Positions 38,463-49,683 of a stretch of 54,615 nucleotides of DNA are shown here, piece after piece. Position 1 is the first letter of the stretch, and each line of letters opens with the position of its first letter. Made by a program: the position numbers and the translations under genes. Source of the stretch: an uncultured Chloroflexota bacterium. GTDB lineage: Bacteria; Chloroflexota; Limnocylindria; Limnocylindrales; CSP1-4. Location of the stretch: NCBI GenBank assembly GCA_903925955.1, contig CAIYHO010000155.1, positions 1 to 54,615 of the forward strand. The letters are read 5' to 3'. Under the pieces are notes generated by a model. That model saw only the letters and a list, made by a program, of their open reading frames with translations. It did not search any database and was not told where the DNA came from.

Positions 38463-39677
38463 CTACGCCTCACCGCGGAACTCACGCCAGGCCGCCTCAA
38501 CGCGGGCCGGGTCAAGGAGCAGGTCCAGTGCGGTCTGCGCAACAAGGGTTGCGGCGACCAGCACCGTTCGGTCCGCACGGGGCGTCGCCGCGGCGTCGCG
38601 GAACTCGATGGTGTGGCCCGGGATGGAGTGGTCCGCAATGGCGAGATCCGGGTGGATGGCAGGCACCGCCCACGACACGTTGGCCATGTCCGTGGAGCCC
38701 GACGTTGGATCCTTGCCCTGGTCCTCGATGCCCAGCGCCGCTGCATTGGCCACCCAGAGGTCGGCAAGGGTGCGGTTGTGCTTCATCGTGCTGGCGTAGC
38801 CCGAGAACTCAACCGTGACCTCGACATCGGCCATCTTGGCGGCGGCCTCGCAGAGCGACGTGAAGCGGGTCTTCATGAGCTCGTAGTACGCCTGGTCCGC
38901 CGAACGGACCATGAACCACGCCTTGGTCCTGCTGGGGATGATGTTGGCGGCGGTGCCGCCCTCCTGGATGATCCCGTGGACGCGGCAGTGCGTTGGCAGC
39001 TGCTGGCGCCAGAGGCCAACGGAGACGAAGAGCGCGATCATCGCGTCCAGCGCATTGCGCCCCATCCACGGGTCGCTTGCGGCGTGTGCCGCAAAGCCCG
39101 TGAACGTCACCACCACGTCCTCCGAGGCAAGCGGCGCGGTCTCCACGTGGTTGCGGTCGCAGGGGTGGTACAGGAGCGCCGCGTCTAGGCCCTCAAAGAG
39201 GCCGTCCTGCAGCATGATCTCCTTGCCACTGCCCCGCTCCTCTGCGGGCGTGCCCAGGAAGACCACTTCGCCGGCCCAGCTGTCGCGAACTGCGGCAAGC
39301 GCAATCGCCGCGCCCACGCCTGATGCGGCCATGGTGTTGTGACCGCAGCCGTGGCCAAGGCCCGGGAGCGCGTCGTACTCCGCAAGCACGCCAATCCTGG
39401 GGCCGTTGGGACCCTTGCCGCCGGTGATGCGCCCGCGGACCGCCGTCTCAAGACTCCCGGCGGAGCGCTCAACCGTGTACCCGTGGCGCTCAATCGCCTC
39501 CGCCACCCACGCCGCCGCCAGGCGCTCCTCAAACGCGGGCTCGGGATTTGCATGGATGCGGTGGGACAGCTCAAGCAGTTCCGAGCTTGCGGCCTCCACG
39601 GCAGCCGCGACACGGCCCTTCACATCGCTGAACGGCTCGGCAGGGGAAAAGCTGGTGAGGGGCAGGGCGTCAGCCAC
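38463..39677 (-). CDS. M20 amidohydrolase (ACY1L2/HmrA-like)
   Basis: IHANPE..FEE, EYDALPGLGHGCGHN, GTPAEE, GSTDMANVS. Confidence 0.92.
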   Translation of the reverse strand: MADALPLTSFSPAEPFSDVKGRVAAAVEAASSELLELSHRIHANPEPAFEERLAAAWVAEAIERHGYTVERSAGSLETAVRGRITGGKGPNGPRIGVLAEYDALPGLGHGCGHNTMAASGVGAAIALAAVRDSWAGEVVFLGTPAEERGSGKEIMLQDGLFEGLDAALLYHPCDRNHVETAPLASEDVVVTFTGFAAHAASDPWMGRNALDAMIALFVSVGLWRQQLPTHCRVHGIIQEGGTAANIIPSRTKAWFMVRSADQAYYELMKTRFTSLCEAAAKMADVEVTVEFSGYASTMKHNRTLADLWVANAAALGIEDQGKDPTSGSTDMANVSWAVPAIHPDLAIADHSIPGHTIEFRDAAATPRADRTVLVAATLVAQTALDLLLDPARVEAAWREFRGEA

Positions 39678-39685
39678 GGGGTCTC

Positions 39686-40060
39686 CTAGCGGTCGGCAGA
39701 AAGGGTGATCTCGGCCAAGACGAAGATAGCGGCAAGGAACAGGACGATGGGGAGGCCAAACGCGTCCACCACGCGCAGCACCACAAGCGTTGCGACAAGC
39801 AGGCCAAGCCAGGCGCCCCGCCGGAGCGCTCGGACCCAGTCGCCCCGATACGCAATGCGCCGATGCCGTGCAAACACCAGGAGCCACGCAAGCGGCGCCG
39901 CGGACAGCCCGGCCGCGATGCCCATGAGCGCGGCACCGGTGTACCCGGCGGCGTGGTCGATAAACGGGTCCCGGGTGGTGACCACAACGCCCACCGCAAC
40001 CCAGACGGCCATCGCCAGCCCCAGCAGCGCAAGGTTTGCAAGGCGATCGCGCATCTCCAT
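39686..40060 (-). CDS. Small four-TM membrane protein
   Basis: Four hydrophobic segments; -10 TACACT 7 nt before the ATG. Confidence 0.8.
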   Translation of the reverse strand: MEMRDRLANLALLGLAMAVWVAVGVVVTTRDPFIDHAAGYTGAALMGIAAGLSAAPLAWLLVFARHRRIAYRGDWVRALRRGAWLGLLVATLVVLRVVDAFGLPIVLFLAAIFVLAEITLSADR

Positions 40061-40111
40061 GCCCCCGAGTGTACGGGCGCGGCGCGGCCCACGATGACGG
40101 ACCGGATTGCT

Positions 40112-40909
40112 TCAGCGCCCGGCGGTGGTCTCCAGCACCTCCAAGGCGGCCACCAGGTCCCCGATGCTGGCAATCTCCGCGTCCGCCTCCACGGACGAGT
40201 CACGCTCGCTGTCGGGCAGCGGCGAGTCTGCGGGCCTGGCCGACACCCACGCGGCGCGCCAGCCCGCGCGCTTTGCCCCCACGACATCGGCCGCCCAGTC
40301 GTCGCCAACGTGGAGCACTTCGCCCGGAACAGGGTCACCAAGCGCCGCAAGCGCGGCCGCGAAGATCACTGGGTGCGGCTTGATGGTCCCGACTCGCTGC
40401 GACACGACGATGGCCCGCAGGTGCGGCGTCCAGCCTGCGGCCTCGGCGTAGCGGTCGATGGTGGCGGCCAGCGGCCAGTTCGACAGAATGGCAACGCGGT
40501 AGCGCGCCGCCAGTTCACTGATCACCCGCAACGCGGCGGGGTCCGGCGGCACGGCCACCACAAACGCAGCCGAGTAGATGTCCACAGCCCAGGCGATCTC
40601 CGCCGGATTGGACAGCAGCGCCGCAGCCGCGTCATTCCAGCGCTCGCCCGGGGACGGCGGGGGCATCCCGCGCAGCCGGGCCAGGATCCGGCCAATCCGC
40701 TGGGCCATATCCACCTCGCGGAACTGCGGCACCTCCTCGCGGAATTGGCGCTCGCGCTCCTCCGCCCACATGGCCCGCACGGTTGCCACGTCAAACGGGC
40801 CCAGCCGGTCCGCCATCGCCTCAACCGTGGCGCCCACGACGCCGCCCAGGCCAGCGCCCGTCACCGGAACAAGCGTGTTGCCAAAGTCCAGCGTGACAGC
40901 CTTGATCAC
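40112..40909 (-). CDS. HAD-superfamily hydrolase
   Basis: LDFGNTL, LSN, KPHP.IF, HVGDD..ADV.GA; GTGA overlap with the MTase. Confidence 0.9.
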   Translation of the reverse strand: MIKAVTLDFGNTLVPVTGAGLGGVVGATVEAMADRLGPFDVATVRAMWAEERERQFREEVPQFREVDMAQRIGRILARLRGMPPPSPGERWNDAAAALLSNPAEIAWAVDIYSAAFVVAVPPDPAALRVISELAARYRVAILSNWPLAATIDRYAEAAGWTPHLRAIVVSQRVGTIKPHPVIFAAALAALGDPVPGEVLHVGDDWAADVVGAKRAGWRAAWVSARPADSPLPDSERDSSVEADAEIASIGDLVAALEVLETTAGR

Positions 40910-41781
40910 CCCGTCTCCTCGGCCATCCGGAGCCGCGCAATGGCCACGGCGTCCGGGTTGCGGTCCACCAGCAGCCAGCGCCGCCCCAGCCGATGCGCCG
41001 CCACGCCTGTTGTGCCGCTCCCGGCGTACGGGTCCAGCACAAGGTCCCCAGGGCGGCTGGACGCGGCCACGATCCGGGTGAGGAGCCGGACCGGCTTCTG
41101 GGTGGGATAGCCAGTCCGCTCGCGCGAGCCCGGCGCGATGATGGTCATCCACCAGACGTCCGTTGGCAGCTTGCCGCGAGCCGCCTTCTCGGGTCCGGCG
41201 AGCCATGGCGAGAGGTACGGCAACCGGTCAATCTCGTCGCGGTTGAACACCCACGTGTCGCCCTTGGCGTACCAGAGGATGGAATCGTGCTTGCGGGGCC
41301 ATCGGTCGCGGGCCCTGCCGCCAAAGTCATACGCCCAGACAATCTCGTTGAGGAACTGGTCCGCGCCAAACACGCGGTCCAACAGCAGCCGGACGTGGTG
41401 GACCGTCCGCCAGTCCACATGGACGTACACCGAGCCGTCCGGCGCCAGGACCCGGTGGATCTCGCGGAGCCGCAGCTCCAGCGCTGCGAGGTGCTCGTCC
41501 AGCGGCACCGCGTCCTCATACGCAAAGTCGCTCACGATCTCGAAGGGCTCGTCCGCGCCGGTGAACCCTGGGCGCACCTGCTCGCCCGCTCCAAGGCGGA
41601 TGGTGGCCAGCCTGCGCCGGCGCCCGGTGGCAAACGGCGGATCTGCGTAGACCAGACCCACGGACCCGTCGGGCAGCGCAGCCAGCACATCAAGGTTGTC
41701 CGCCTCCACCACGGCGCCACGCGCCCCGCCCACAAGCACGGCGGCGAGCACCTGGCGGTCTGCCGCCTGCAGGTCCCCCAC
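40906..41781 (-). CDS. Site-specific DNA methyltransferase (N6-A/N4-C, beta-type motif order)
   Basis: Catalytic YADPPF near the N-terminus; YPTQKP; SAM-binding DPYAGSGTT near the C-terminus. Confidence 0.92.
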   Translation of the reverse strand: MGDLQAADRQVLAAVLVGGARGAVVEADNLDVLAALPDGSVGLVYADPPFATGRRRRLATIRLGAGEQVRPGFTGADEPFEIVSDFAYEDAVPLDEHLAALELRLREIHRVLAPDGSVYVHVDWRTVHHVRLLLDRVFGADQFLNEIVWAYDFGGRARDRWPRKHDSILWYAKGDTWVFNRDEIDRLPYLSPWLAGPEKAARGKLPTDVWWMTIIAPGSRERTGYPTQKPVRLLTRIVAASSRPGDLVLDPYAGSGTTGVAAHRLGRRWLLVDRNPDAVAIARLRMAEETG

Positions 41782-41783
41782 CG

Positions 41784-44700
41784 CTAGCGCACCGACGCCG
41801 GGCAGATCTCCCGGAACGCGCAGTAGCCACAGCCCATGTGGTCAGGCTTTGCGCCAAAGTCCCGTGCGCGGATCCCGGTGGCCGCGGTCTTGATCTGTTC
41901 GCGCGCTTTGTCGATCCGCTTGCGGTCCACCGGCGCCGAACCCACGAGGCCAGACTCCAGGAAGTGCAGTGCCACCGTGTCCGGCAGCCGGCCCGTCATC
42001 GCCTCGTAGGCCATTGCGTAGATGGAGAGCTGCAGGGAGTCCTTGGCGCGCTGCTTGGCCTTGGCAGGGTCCCGGACGTCAGAGGACTTGTAGTCCGTGA
42101 TGACCACACGCTCCGGCGCCAGGCCCAGCATGGGCTCCACCACGTCTGCCGCAGGACCTCCCGGCTCCTCTGCGGCCGCAGGGTGCGCCTCACCGCTCAC
42201 GGGGATGACGTCCACCCGGTCATAGCGGCCGCGCACCCGATCCCCGTCCAAGGTGAACGTGAAGTCACGCTCCACATACGTTGGGATCACGGCACCTGGG
42301 AGGAGCTGCTCCTCGCGGAAGCGGCGCAGCGCTTCGCGGCCGGCCGCCAGACGCGCCTCTTCGTGCTCGCGCGACAGGAACCCCTCGCTCCGCCATGACG
42401 AGGCAAAGACCTCCACGAGTGCGTCCAGCGTCATCACGTCACCGCGGGCATGGCGCTTGTGGAACTCCGACACGGCCGCGTGGAGCGCCGCGCCGTAGAT
42501 GATGGAGTGGTGCGGCGACAGCGGCACCCGCAGGACGTGGGCGTACTTGTATTTGAGCGGGCACGTCAGGTAGTCGTCGATGGCGTAGAATGACAGCGTC
42601 AGCGGCTCCCCCTCCCGCCGGACGGCCATTGCGGGCGGCGACTCTCCACGCTGCTGCGCCGCGATGCGCTCCAGCGCCGATGCGGTCTTTGCCCCGGCGC
42701 CCGCAGGCCCCGCCGCCACGGGCAGGTCCAGCGCCTCCAGCACAAACGGCGACACGCGCCGCGACCGCTGGCCGCCGTAATCCGCGGCGTGGCTGAGGAT
42801 CAGCTCGTCGCGCGCCCTGGTCATCCCCACGTAGAACAGGCGCCGCTCCTCCTGGAGCTGGTAATCGCCCTCAGGGAGCGTCTCGTCCACCAGCTCCACC
42901 GCAAGCGGGAGCGGCTCCTTGCGGCCCACCGCCGGGAAACGCCCAGACACCAGCCCCGGCAGATAGACCACCGGGAACTCGAGGCCCTTTGCCTTGTGCA
43001 CCGTCATCACCGCAACCGCGTCCGTATCCGGGTCCAGGTTGGCGGTGGCCGGGTCATCGCCGGCCTCAATGAGCGTCTGCAGGTGGCGCGCGAGAAAGAC
43101 GGCCCGGTCATCCGCCAGCAGCGCTGACTGGTTGCGCACGATGTCGAAGAAGCGCGCGATGTTGGAGAGCGCCTCTTCTGCTGCCACCGTGTTTGCCGCG
43201 GCAAGCTGCGCAAGCCAGCCGGAGCCGCGCAGGAAGGCGTACACCACCTCACCGGCGGGCCGCTCGTGGGCGAGGGCCGTGTAGTGGCGCAGGTCCGCGA
43301 CAAGCTTGGCCCCCGACACGCGCGTCTGCGGCGACAGGCGCAGCAGCCCCGGCTGGTGCCCCAACTCGTCCAGCGTCTCAAACAGCGACCGGCTGCGACG
43401 CCGGGCCAGGGCCATGACCGCGGCGAGGTCCTCCCCGCCAAGGCCGTACAGCTCGCACGCGGCAAGCGCATAGACGTCCACCGTGGACGTTGGGTCAGCT
43501 ACCGCGCGCAGAAACGCCAGCAGCAGCCGCACCTCAGGGCGTGCGTACAGCCCGCTGGTGCCCGAGAAGCGCCACGGGATCCCCTCCAGGTTGAACGAGC
43601 GCAACACCGGGTCTGCCGCCGAGTTTGCCCGCACCAACACCGCGATATCCCGCGGGCTGGCGCCGTGCTTGAGGCGGCGGGCGACGTCTGCAGCGATCCA
43701 GTCCGCCTCCTCACCGCCCGTGGCAAACGCCTCGTGGCGCACGGGCGCCGCGCCCTTGCCCCGACGCGCCGGCACCAGGCGCTTCACAATCCCCGCTCGC
43801 ACCTCAAGCCGATCCGGATCGTTGTGGCGGACCAGGCGATACGAGGCGTCCAGGATGGGCGCACGCGAGCGGTAGTTCCGCCGGAGCACCACCATCCGCA
43901 CCTTCTTGTAGCGCTCCCGGAACTCAAGGATGTTGCTGATGGCCGCGCCGCGGAACTTGTAGATGGACTGGTCATCGTCCCCCACCACCGTCACGTTCTT
44001 GTGGGGCTGTGCAACCAGCGCCACAAGCTCCGCCTGTGCACGGTTGGTGTCCTGGAACTCGTCCACCAGCACATAGCGGAAGCGCTGCTGCACCGCGGCC
44101 CTGGCCGATGCCGATGTCCGCAGCAGCCGCAGGGCAAGCGACACCTGGTCACCAAAGTCCACGGCGCCAGAGCCCGCCATCAGCTCTTGGTAGCGCGCAT
44201 AGGCGCCGGCCAACTCCGTCTGGCGCCGCGCGTCCTCACCAAGCGCCAGGGCCAGGTCCCGGGCCGCCTCTGCCTCGCCCGCCTTGGCTGTCCGTGCCGT
44301 CTCCGCTGCCGTTGCTGCCCGATCCGCAAGCCGTGCGGCATACGCGGCAAAGGCGGCCGGCTCCACATCCTCATCCTTGGCCCGCGAGAACAGCGTGGCC
44401 AACGCGCCCAGGAACCGCGTGGGGTCCCCCAGCGGGCGGTACTCGTCCAGGTCCAGGCCAAAGAGGTGCTCCCGCAGGAAGACCACGGTCTCCGGCCGCG
44501 AGAGGACCCGCAGGTCCGTTGGGAGGCCCAGCTCCAGGGCGTACTCCCGGATCAGCCGATCACCAAAGGCGTGGAACGTGGCGATGGCCGTGTCCGTGTA
44601 GCCATACGGCACAAGTTGGTCCACCCGCGTCTGCATCTCGTCCGCGGCCTGGTCCGTGAAGGTGAGAGCCAGGATCTGGGAGGGCTTGGCGCGCCGTGTG

Positions 44701-44990
44701 GCGATGAGCCAGGCGATGCGCCGCGTGATCACTTGCGTCTTGCCCGTGCCGGCACCCGCCACCACCAGAAGCGGCCCGTCACCGTGCGTGACCGCGCGCT
44801 TCTGCTCCGGGTTGAGCCCCGCCAGCAGGGCCGTCAACCCATCGTCAGGCCCCGAACCGGCAGCCGGGCGCGCAGCTGAGGGCGCACCCCAGACAGGGAT
44901 CTGGACCAGCGCGGGCGCCTTGGGACGGCGGGGCCGCGGGGTCACGGGAGAAGCCGAACCGGCTGGTGCGGACGCAGATGGGAGCGACAT
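41784..44990 (-). CDS. UvrD/PcrA-family helicase fused to a PD-(D/E)XK nuclease with an Fe-S motif (AdnB/AddB-like)
   Basis: AGAGTGKT, VDEFQD, GDDDQSIY, TVHKAKGLEF, EERRLFYV..TRA; nuclease motifs CP..Y, RGRYDRVD, DYKS, QL.IY, CGYCAFREIC. Confidence 0.93.
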   Translation of the reverse strand: MSLPSASAPAGSASPVTPRPRRPKAPALVQIPVWGAPSAARPAAGSGPDDGLTALLAGLNPEQKRAVTHGDGPLLVVAGAGTGKTQVITRRIAWLIATRRAKPSQILALTFTDQAADEMQTRVDQLVPYGYTDTAIATFHAFGDRLIREYALELGLPTDLRVLSRPETVVFLREHLFGLDLDEYRPLGDPTRFLGALATLFSRAKDEDVEPAAFAAYAARLADRAATAAETARTAKAGEAEAARDLALALGEDARRQTELAGAYARYQELMAGSGAVDFGDQVSLALRLLRTSASARAAVQQRFRYVLVDEFQDTNRAQAELVALVAQPHKNVTVVGDDDQSIYKFRGAAISNILEFRERYKKVRMVVLRRNYRSRAPILDASYRLVRHNDPDRLEVRAGIVKRLVPARRGKGAAPVRHEAFATGGEEADWIAADVARRLKHGASPRDIAVLVRANSAADPVLRSFNLEGIPWRFSGTSGLYARPEVRLLLAFLRAVADPTSTVDVYALAACELYGLGGEDLAAVMALARRRSRSLFETLDELGHQPGLLRLSPQTRVSGAKLVADLRHYTALAHERPAGEVVYAFLRGSGWLAQLAAANTVAAEEALSNIARFFDIVRNQSALLADDRAVFLARHLQTLIEAGDDPATANLDPDTDAVAVMTVHKAKGLEFPVVYLPGLVSGRFPAVGRKEPLPLAVELVDETLPEGDYQLQEERRLFYVGMTRARDELILSHAADYGGQRSRRVSPFVLEALDLPVAAGPAGAGAKTASALERIAAQQRGESPPAMAVRREGEPLTLSFYAIDDYLTCPLKYKYAHVLRVPLSPHHSIIYGAALHAAVSEFHKRHARGDVMTLDALVEVFASSWRSEGFLSREHEEARLAAGREALRRFREEQLLPGAVIPTYVERDFTFTLDGDRVRGRYDRVDVIPVSGEAHPAAAEEPGGPAADVVEPMLGLAPERVVITDYKSSDVRDPAKAKQRAKDSLQLSIYAMAYEAMTGRLPDTVALHFLESGLVGSAPVDRKRIDKAREQIKTAATGIRARDFGAKPDHMGCGYCAFREICPASVR

Positions 44991-45045
44991 GGCGCCATGC
45001 TGCCCATCCGCCGTGCCAGCTCCGTTGTCACGCCACGTGCGGCAA

Positions 45046-45567
45046 TTAGCCCTGCTTGGCTGCCGAGGAGCCTGAGCTGGTCGCCAGCCGCAGCGCCTCG
45101 GTCTCCTCGAGCGACAGGGCCACATCGGCCGCCCCGCGGGTCACGGCCTTGGCGTAGATCCGCGTGCTGCCGCGGGCATGGAGGCTGCTCACGATGAAGC
45201 CGTCGCCTCGGGCGTCCAGCATCGCAAGCGCAAAGCTCTGGTTGCCGCCGGTGTCCTCAAACGGATTGAAGCGCACAAGCCCCGTCCGCTGAACGGCATA
45301 GGTCTGGCGCGTCTCGAGGTTGCCGGCGCGGGTGGACAGCACGCTCACCTGGTCAGCGAGGTCGTAGACCTTGTCCAGATGGGAGTCAAGGATGCCCTCA
45401 AGGGTTCGGCCGTCCTCGCCGCGGGTCAGGCCCAACAGACGCTGCTCCAGCCGGATGGTCCGACGCGCGACGACGGCGAGAGCGATGGTCAAGCCGGCGC
45501 AGGCGAGCGCCAACACCAGCACAACGACACCGCCGTTCTGCGTGACAAGCGAGTTCAGGGCGTCCAC
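45046..45567 (-). CDS. DUF4446-family protein
   Basis: N-terminal TM; GLVRFNPFEDTGGNQSFALA; TRIYAK; LS.EE. Confidence 0.85.
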   Translation of the reverse strand: MDALNSLVTQNGGVVVLVLALACAGLTIALAVVARRTIRLEQRLLGLTRGEDGRTLEGILDSHLDKVYDLADQVSVLSTRAGNLETRQTYAVQRTGLVRFNPFEDTGGNQSFALAMLDARGDGFIVSSLHARGSTRIYAKAVTRGAADVALSLEETEALRLATSSGSSAAKQG

Positions 45568-45664
45568 GATCCTCCTCCAGGCTGCCGTCGGAGTCTACCA
45601 GCGACCCGGCGCCAGCCCGCCCGCGAGGCGTACCGAGTGCCGGGCGGTGTATCCTCTGGCGCCG

Positions 45665-46096
45665 ATGGCACCGCGCGGCGGCGCCGTCAAGTATCAGGAG
45701 GTCCAGTACCCCGCCATGGCGAAGCGCGCGCGCGGCAGCGTCCGTCCCGGCCAGCGCCGGTCCATCGATCGTCGGCCTGCCTCTTCAAGCACGGCGGGCG
45801 GTGGTGGCGTGCTGCGCTCCGTGGGGCTTACCGAGGGTGAGGCCATCCGGGCCGCCGAACTTGAGGCCGCGCTGCTGGCCGAAGAGAAGGCCGCAGACGC
45901 CGCGCGCAAGCGCAGCCAGGTGCGGTCTACCCGTGAGTTCGCCCCGGCCGGCAGCCTGGCGGTGCGCGCGCAGGAGGAATACGGCTACGTCGGCCGTGAT
46001 GTCCGCGAGATCACCAAGATCGCAACCCTCCTTTTCACGATCCTGATTGTCCTGTGGATCCTCGTGGACGTCACCAAGGTGATCCCAATCCTCTAG
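45665..46096 (+). CDS. Hypothetical protein with a basic N-terminus and one C-terminal TM
   Basis: TATCCT -10 upstream; EEYGYV.RD followed by a TM; start 45665 or 45716. Confidence 0.75.
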   Translation: MAPRGGAVKYQEVQYPAMAKRARGSVRPGQRRSIDRRPASSSTAGGGGVLRSVGLTEGEAIRAAELEAALLAEEKAADAARKRSQVRSTREFAPAGSLAVRAQEEYGYVGRDVREITKIATLLFTILIVLWILVDVTKVIPIL

Positions 46097-46230
46097 GGCA
46101 GCGCCCTCGCGATCGACGGGACATCCTGTCGGTCCACGCCAGCCACCCCATTCGGCCCTAGTGGCGTCTCGTGCTGCCCGCGATCCTCGGAGGAGGTCCG
46201 GGACGCTCCCGGCGGTGGGTGGAGTGCGCT

Positions 46231-46728
46231 ATGCAGGCAGAGTCAGTGATCGGGGTCATTCCCAACGCCCGGATCAAGACCGGGATGTTCTCGTCCACCA
46301 TGTACACGCTCGTCTTCACGAATTACCGGCTCCTGATGGCGGAGGCCACCAAGGACGTCGTGACGCGGCAGATCGAGGTGGCGAGGGCCCAGTCCAAGGC
46401 GCAGGGCGGCGGCTTCTTCTCCCAGTGGGGCGCCCAGCTCAAGGCAAGCTTTGGCTTTGCCGAGCACTACCGCGCCCTCACGCCGGACCAGATCCTCGCC
46501 GAGTCGCCCGGCAACGGCGCGCTCACCCCGGCAGACGTGCGCGAGCTCAAGTTTGAGCGCAAGCGCAAGGACGTCGGCAACGACGACTCCCCGGTGCACC
46601 AGGACTACCTCAAGATCACCCTCGTGACTGGCGGCGGGAAGAAGGAGTTCAACACGGACACCGAGGACCCGAACATCGACCAGGCTCGGGCCATGGCTGC
46701 GTCCGTCTTCGGGGGCGCGGTCCGCTAG
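46231..46728 (+). CDS. Hypothetical protein (possibly PH-like fold)
   Basis: GGAG SD; strong GC3 bias; LVFTNYRLL motif. Confidence 0.75.
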   Translation: MQAESVIGVIPNARIKTGMFSSTMYTLVFTNYRLLMAEATKDVVTRQIEVARAQSKAQGGGFFSQWGAQLKASFGFAEHYRALTPDQILAESPGNGALTPADVRELKFERKRKDVGNDDSPVHQDYLKITLVTGGGKKEFNTDTEDPNIDQARAMAASVFGGAVR

Positions 46729-46804
46729 GAGCTTTGGCAGCCGGTCCGCTCACCGGCCCGCGAGTCATCCGCTCAGCAGCGGTGCCGGGGGCTACCATCC
46801 GGGC

Positions 46805-48304
<1,500 letters not shown>

Positions 48305-48319
48305 CGGCTGGCGGTTCCC

Positions 48320-48832
48320 CTAGCCGCCGAAGCCCAGCCGAACGCAGGTTCCATCCGGCACGAGCCCGCCGCTGCCGTCGTCCTGCAAGCCGGGCACCCA
48401 GCCCACCGGGCAGATGCCGTCAACGGGCCTCGGGCTCGACATGCTGTCGCTCATCGCGATGAACAGGAGCAGGAAGACGATGGCAGCCACGATGCCGAGT
48501 CCCCAGCGGGGAATCAGCCGGCGATAGCGGACGCCGCCGATGTCCTCAAAGACGTCCGGCTGGCGCGGCGCTGCGACGGCCGCTGGCGCAACGGCGAACT
48601 GATCGGCGTTGGCGAAGGACAGCCGCAGCGTCCCCTCGCCCTCGAGGAGGACCTGGCTCTCCGGGCTAAGCAGCAGGCTCTCACCCAGCCCAGGCCTGCG
48701 ATCACCGGGGATCCACAGCGCCTCACGCAGCTCCCAGCCGGCTCCTCGGAACGCGTCCAGCATCGGCTCGGCCATCAGCCGCGCCTCCGCCTCCGTTGGC
48801 GCCTCGACGGTGCGTGTTACCTGGTTGTCCAC
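48320..48832 (-). CDS. Hypothetical membrane protein
   Basis: One TM; short Cys-bracketed C-terminal segment. Confidence 0.6.
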   Translation of the reverse strand: MDNQVTRTVEAPTEAEARLMAEPMLDAFRGAGWELREALWIPGDRRPGLGESLLLSPESQVLLEGEGTLRLSFANADQFAVAPAAVAAPRQPDVFEDIGGVRYRRLIPRWGLGIVAAIVFLLLFIAMSDSMSSPRPVDGICPVGWVPGLQDDGSGGLVPDGTCVRLGFGG

Positions 48833-48911
48833 TGGGCACTACCCCCCTGCTCGGGCCGACGGTCCGCCCGATCAGGTCCCATTTGACCACGCAGCCGTCA
48901 CTGCCGCACAA

Positions 48912-48954
48912 CGAAACAGGCCGGAGCCCGAAGGCCCCGGCCCGTCCTGCCAGG
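48912..48954 (-). terminator. Terminator hairpin, copy 1 of a direct repeat
   Basis: GGCCGGGGCC-TTCG-GGCTCCGGCC-TGTTT on the minus strand. Confidence 0.75.
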
Positions 48955-48975
48955 TTCGATGTGGGCCCTTGAGGG

Positions 48976-49683
48976 TTAGCGGCGGACCGGGCGACGACGA
49001 CGCGCCGGGGTCAGCAGCACCAGGGCGATCAGGAGGATGACGCCGGCACCAACGATGGCGGCGAGTCCGGTGCCAACCGTCTGGGCGGTGACCACAAGGC
49101 CGTCCGTGGGCGGTGCCGTGACCTGCGGTGAGCCGGTGGCGCCTGCGACGGAGCCGGTTGGCGTGGGCTCGACGGTTGGGACAGGCGTGTCCGTCGGGGC
49201 GGGCGTGTCCGTCGGGGCGGGCGTGACGTCAGGCGTCACGACGGGCGTGGGGTCGGGCGTCACGACGGGCGTGGGCTCGGGCGTGGGCACCGGGGTCGGC
49301 TCGGGCGTCGGGGCGACGCAGGCCTGGATCGATGGCGTGAACGTGTAGTTGTACTGCGTGAGTCCGTCCGAGGTGTGGAACTGCACTACGGCGGCGTGCG
49401 AAGTCGTGGGCACGCCCGCGTAGTAGCTGACCGTGCCGCCGTTGTTGGCATTCAGCGGCCCAGACGTGGCGCCGCCGTCGATGCTGTAGGTGTATGTCGA
49501 GCCTGCCGGATAGGCGCTGCCGTTGACGCGGAGCGTTGCTCCGGCCTGCGCGCTGCAGGCCATCGAGACGCTGGCCGTGTGCGCCGACACGATACCCACG
49601 ACGGCAACTGCGAGCAGCCCGGCCGCCAGAATGACGAGCCAGTCGGTGCGACGATTTCGAGATCGACCGGACATGCGGCGCAT
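48976..49683 (-). CDS. Secreted surface protein with Pro/Thr repeats and a C-terminal anchor
   Basis: Signal peptide; small beta domain; (PTPEPTPV)n; TAPPTD + TM + RRRRPVRR; AAGGGAG SD. Confidence 0.85.
   Translation of the reverse strand: MRRMSGRSRNRRTDWLVILAAGLLAVAVVGIVSAHTASVSMACSAQAGATLRVNGSAYPAGSTYTYSIDGGATSGPLNANNGGTVSYYAGVPTTSHAAVVQFHTSDGLTQYNYTFTPSIQACVAPTPEPTPVPTPEPTPVVTPDPTPVVTPDVTPAPTDTPAPTDTPVPTVEPTPTGSVAGATGSPQVTAPPTDGLVVTAQTVGTGLAAIVGAGVILLIALVLLTPARRRRPVRR

Noticed and set aside
49140-49320. DNA repeats in the Pro/Thr stalk, and in 22830-23100
   Set aside because: Explained by low-complexity protein repeats; not independent DNA elements.
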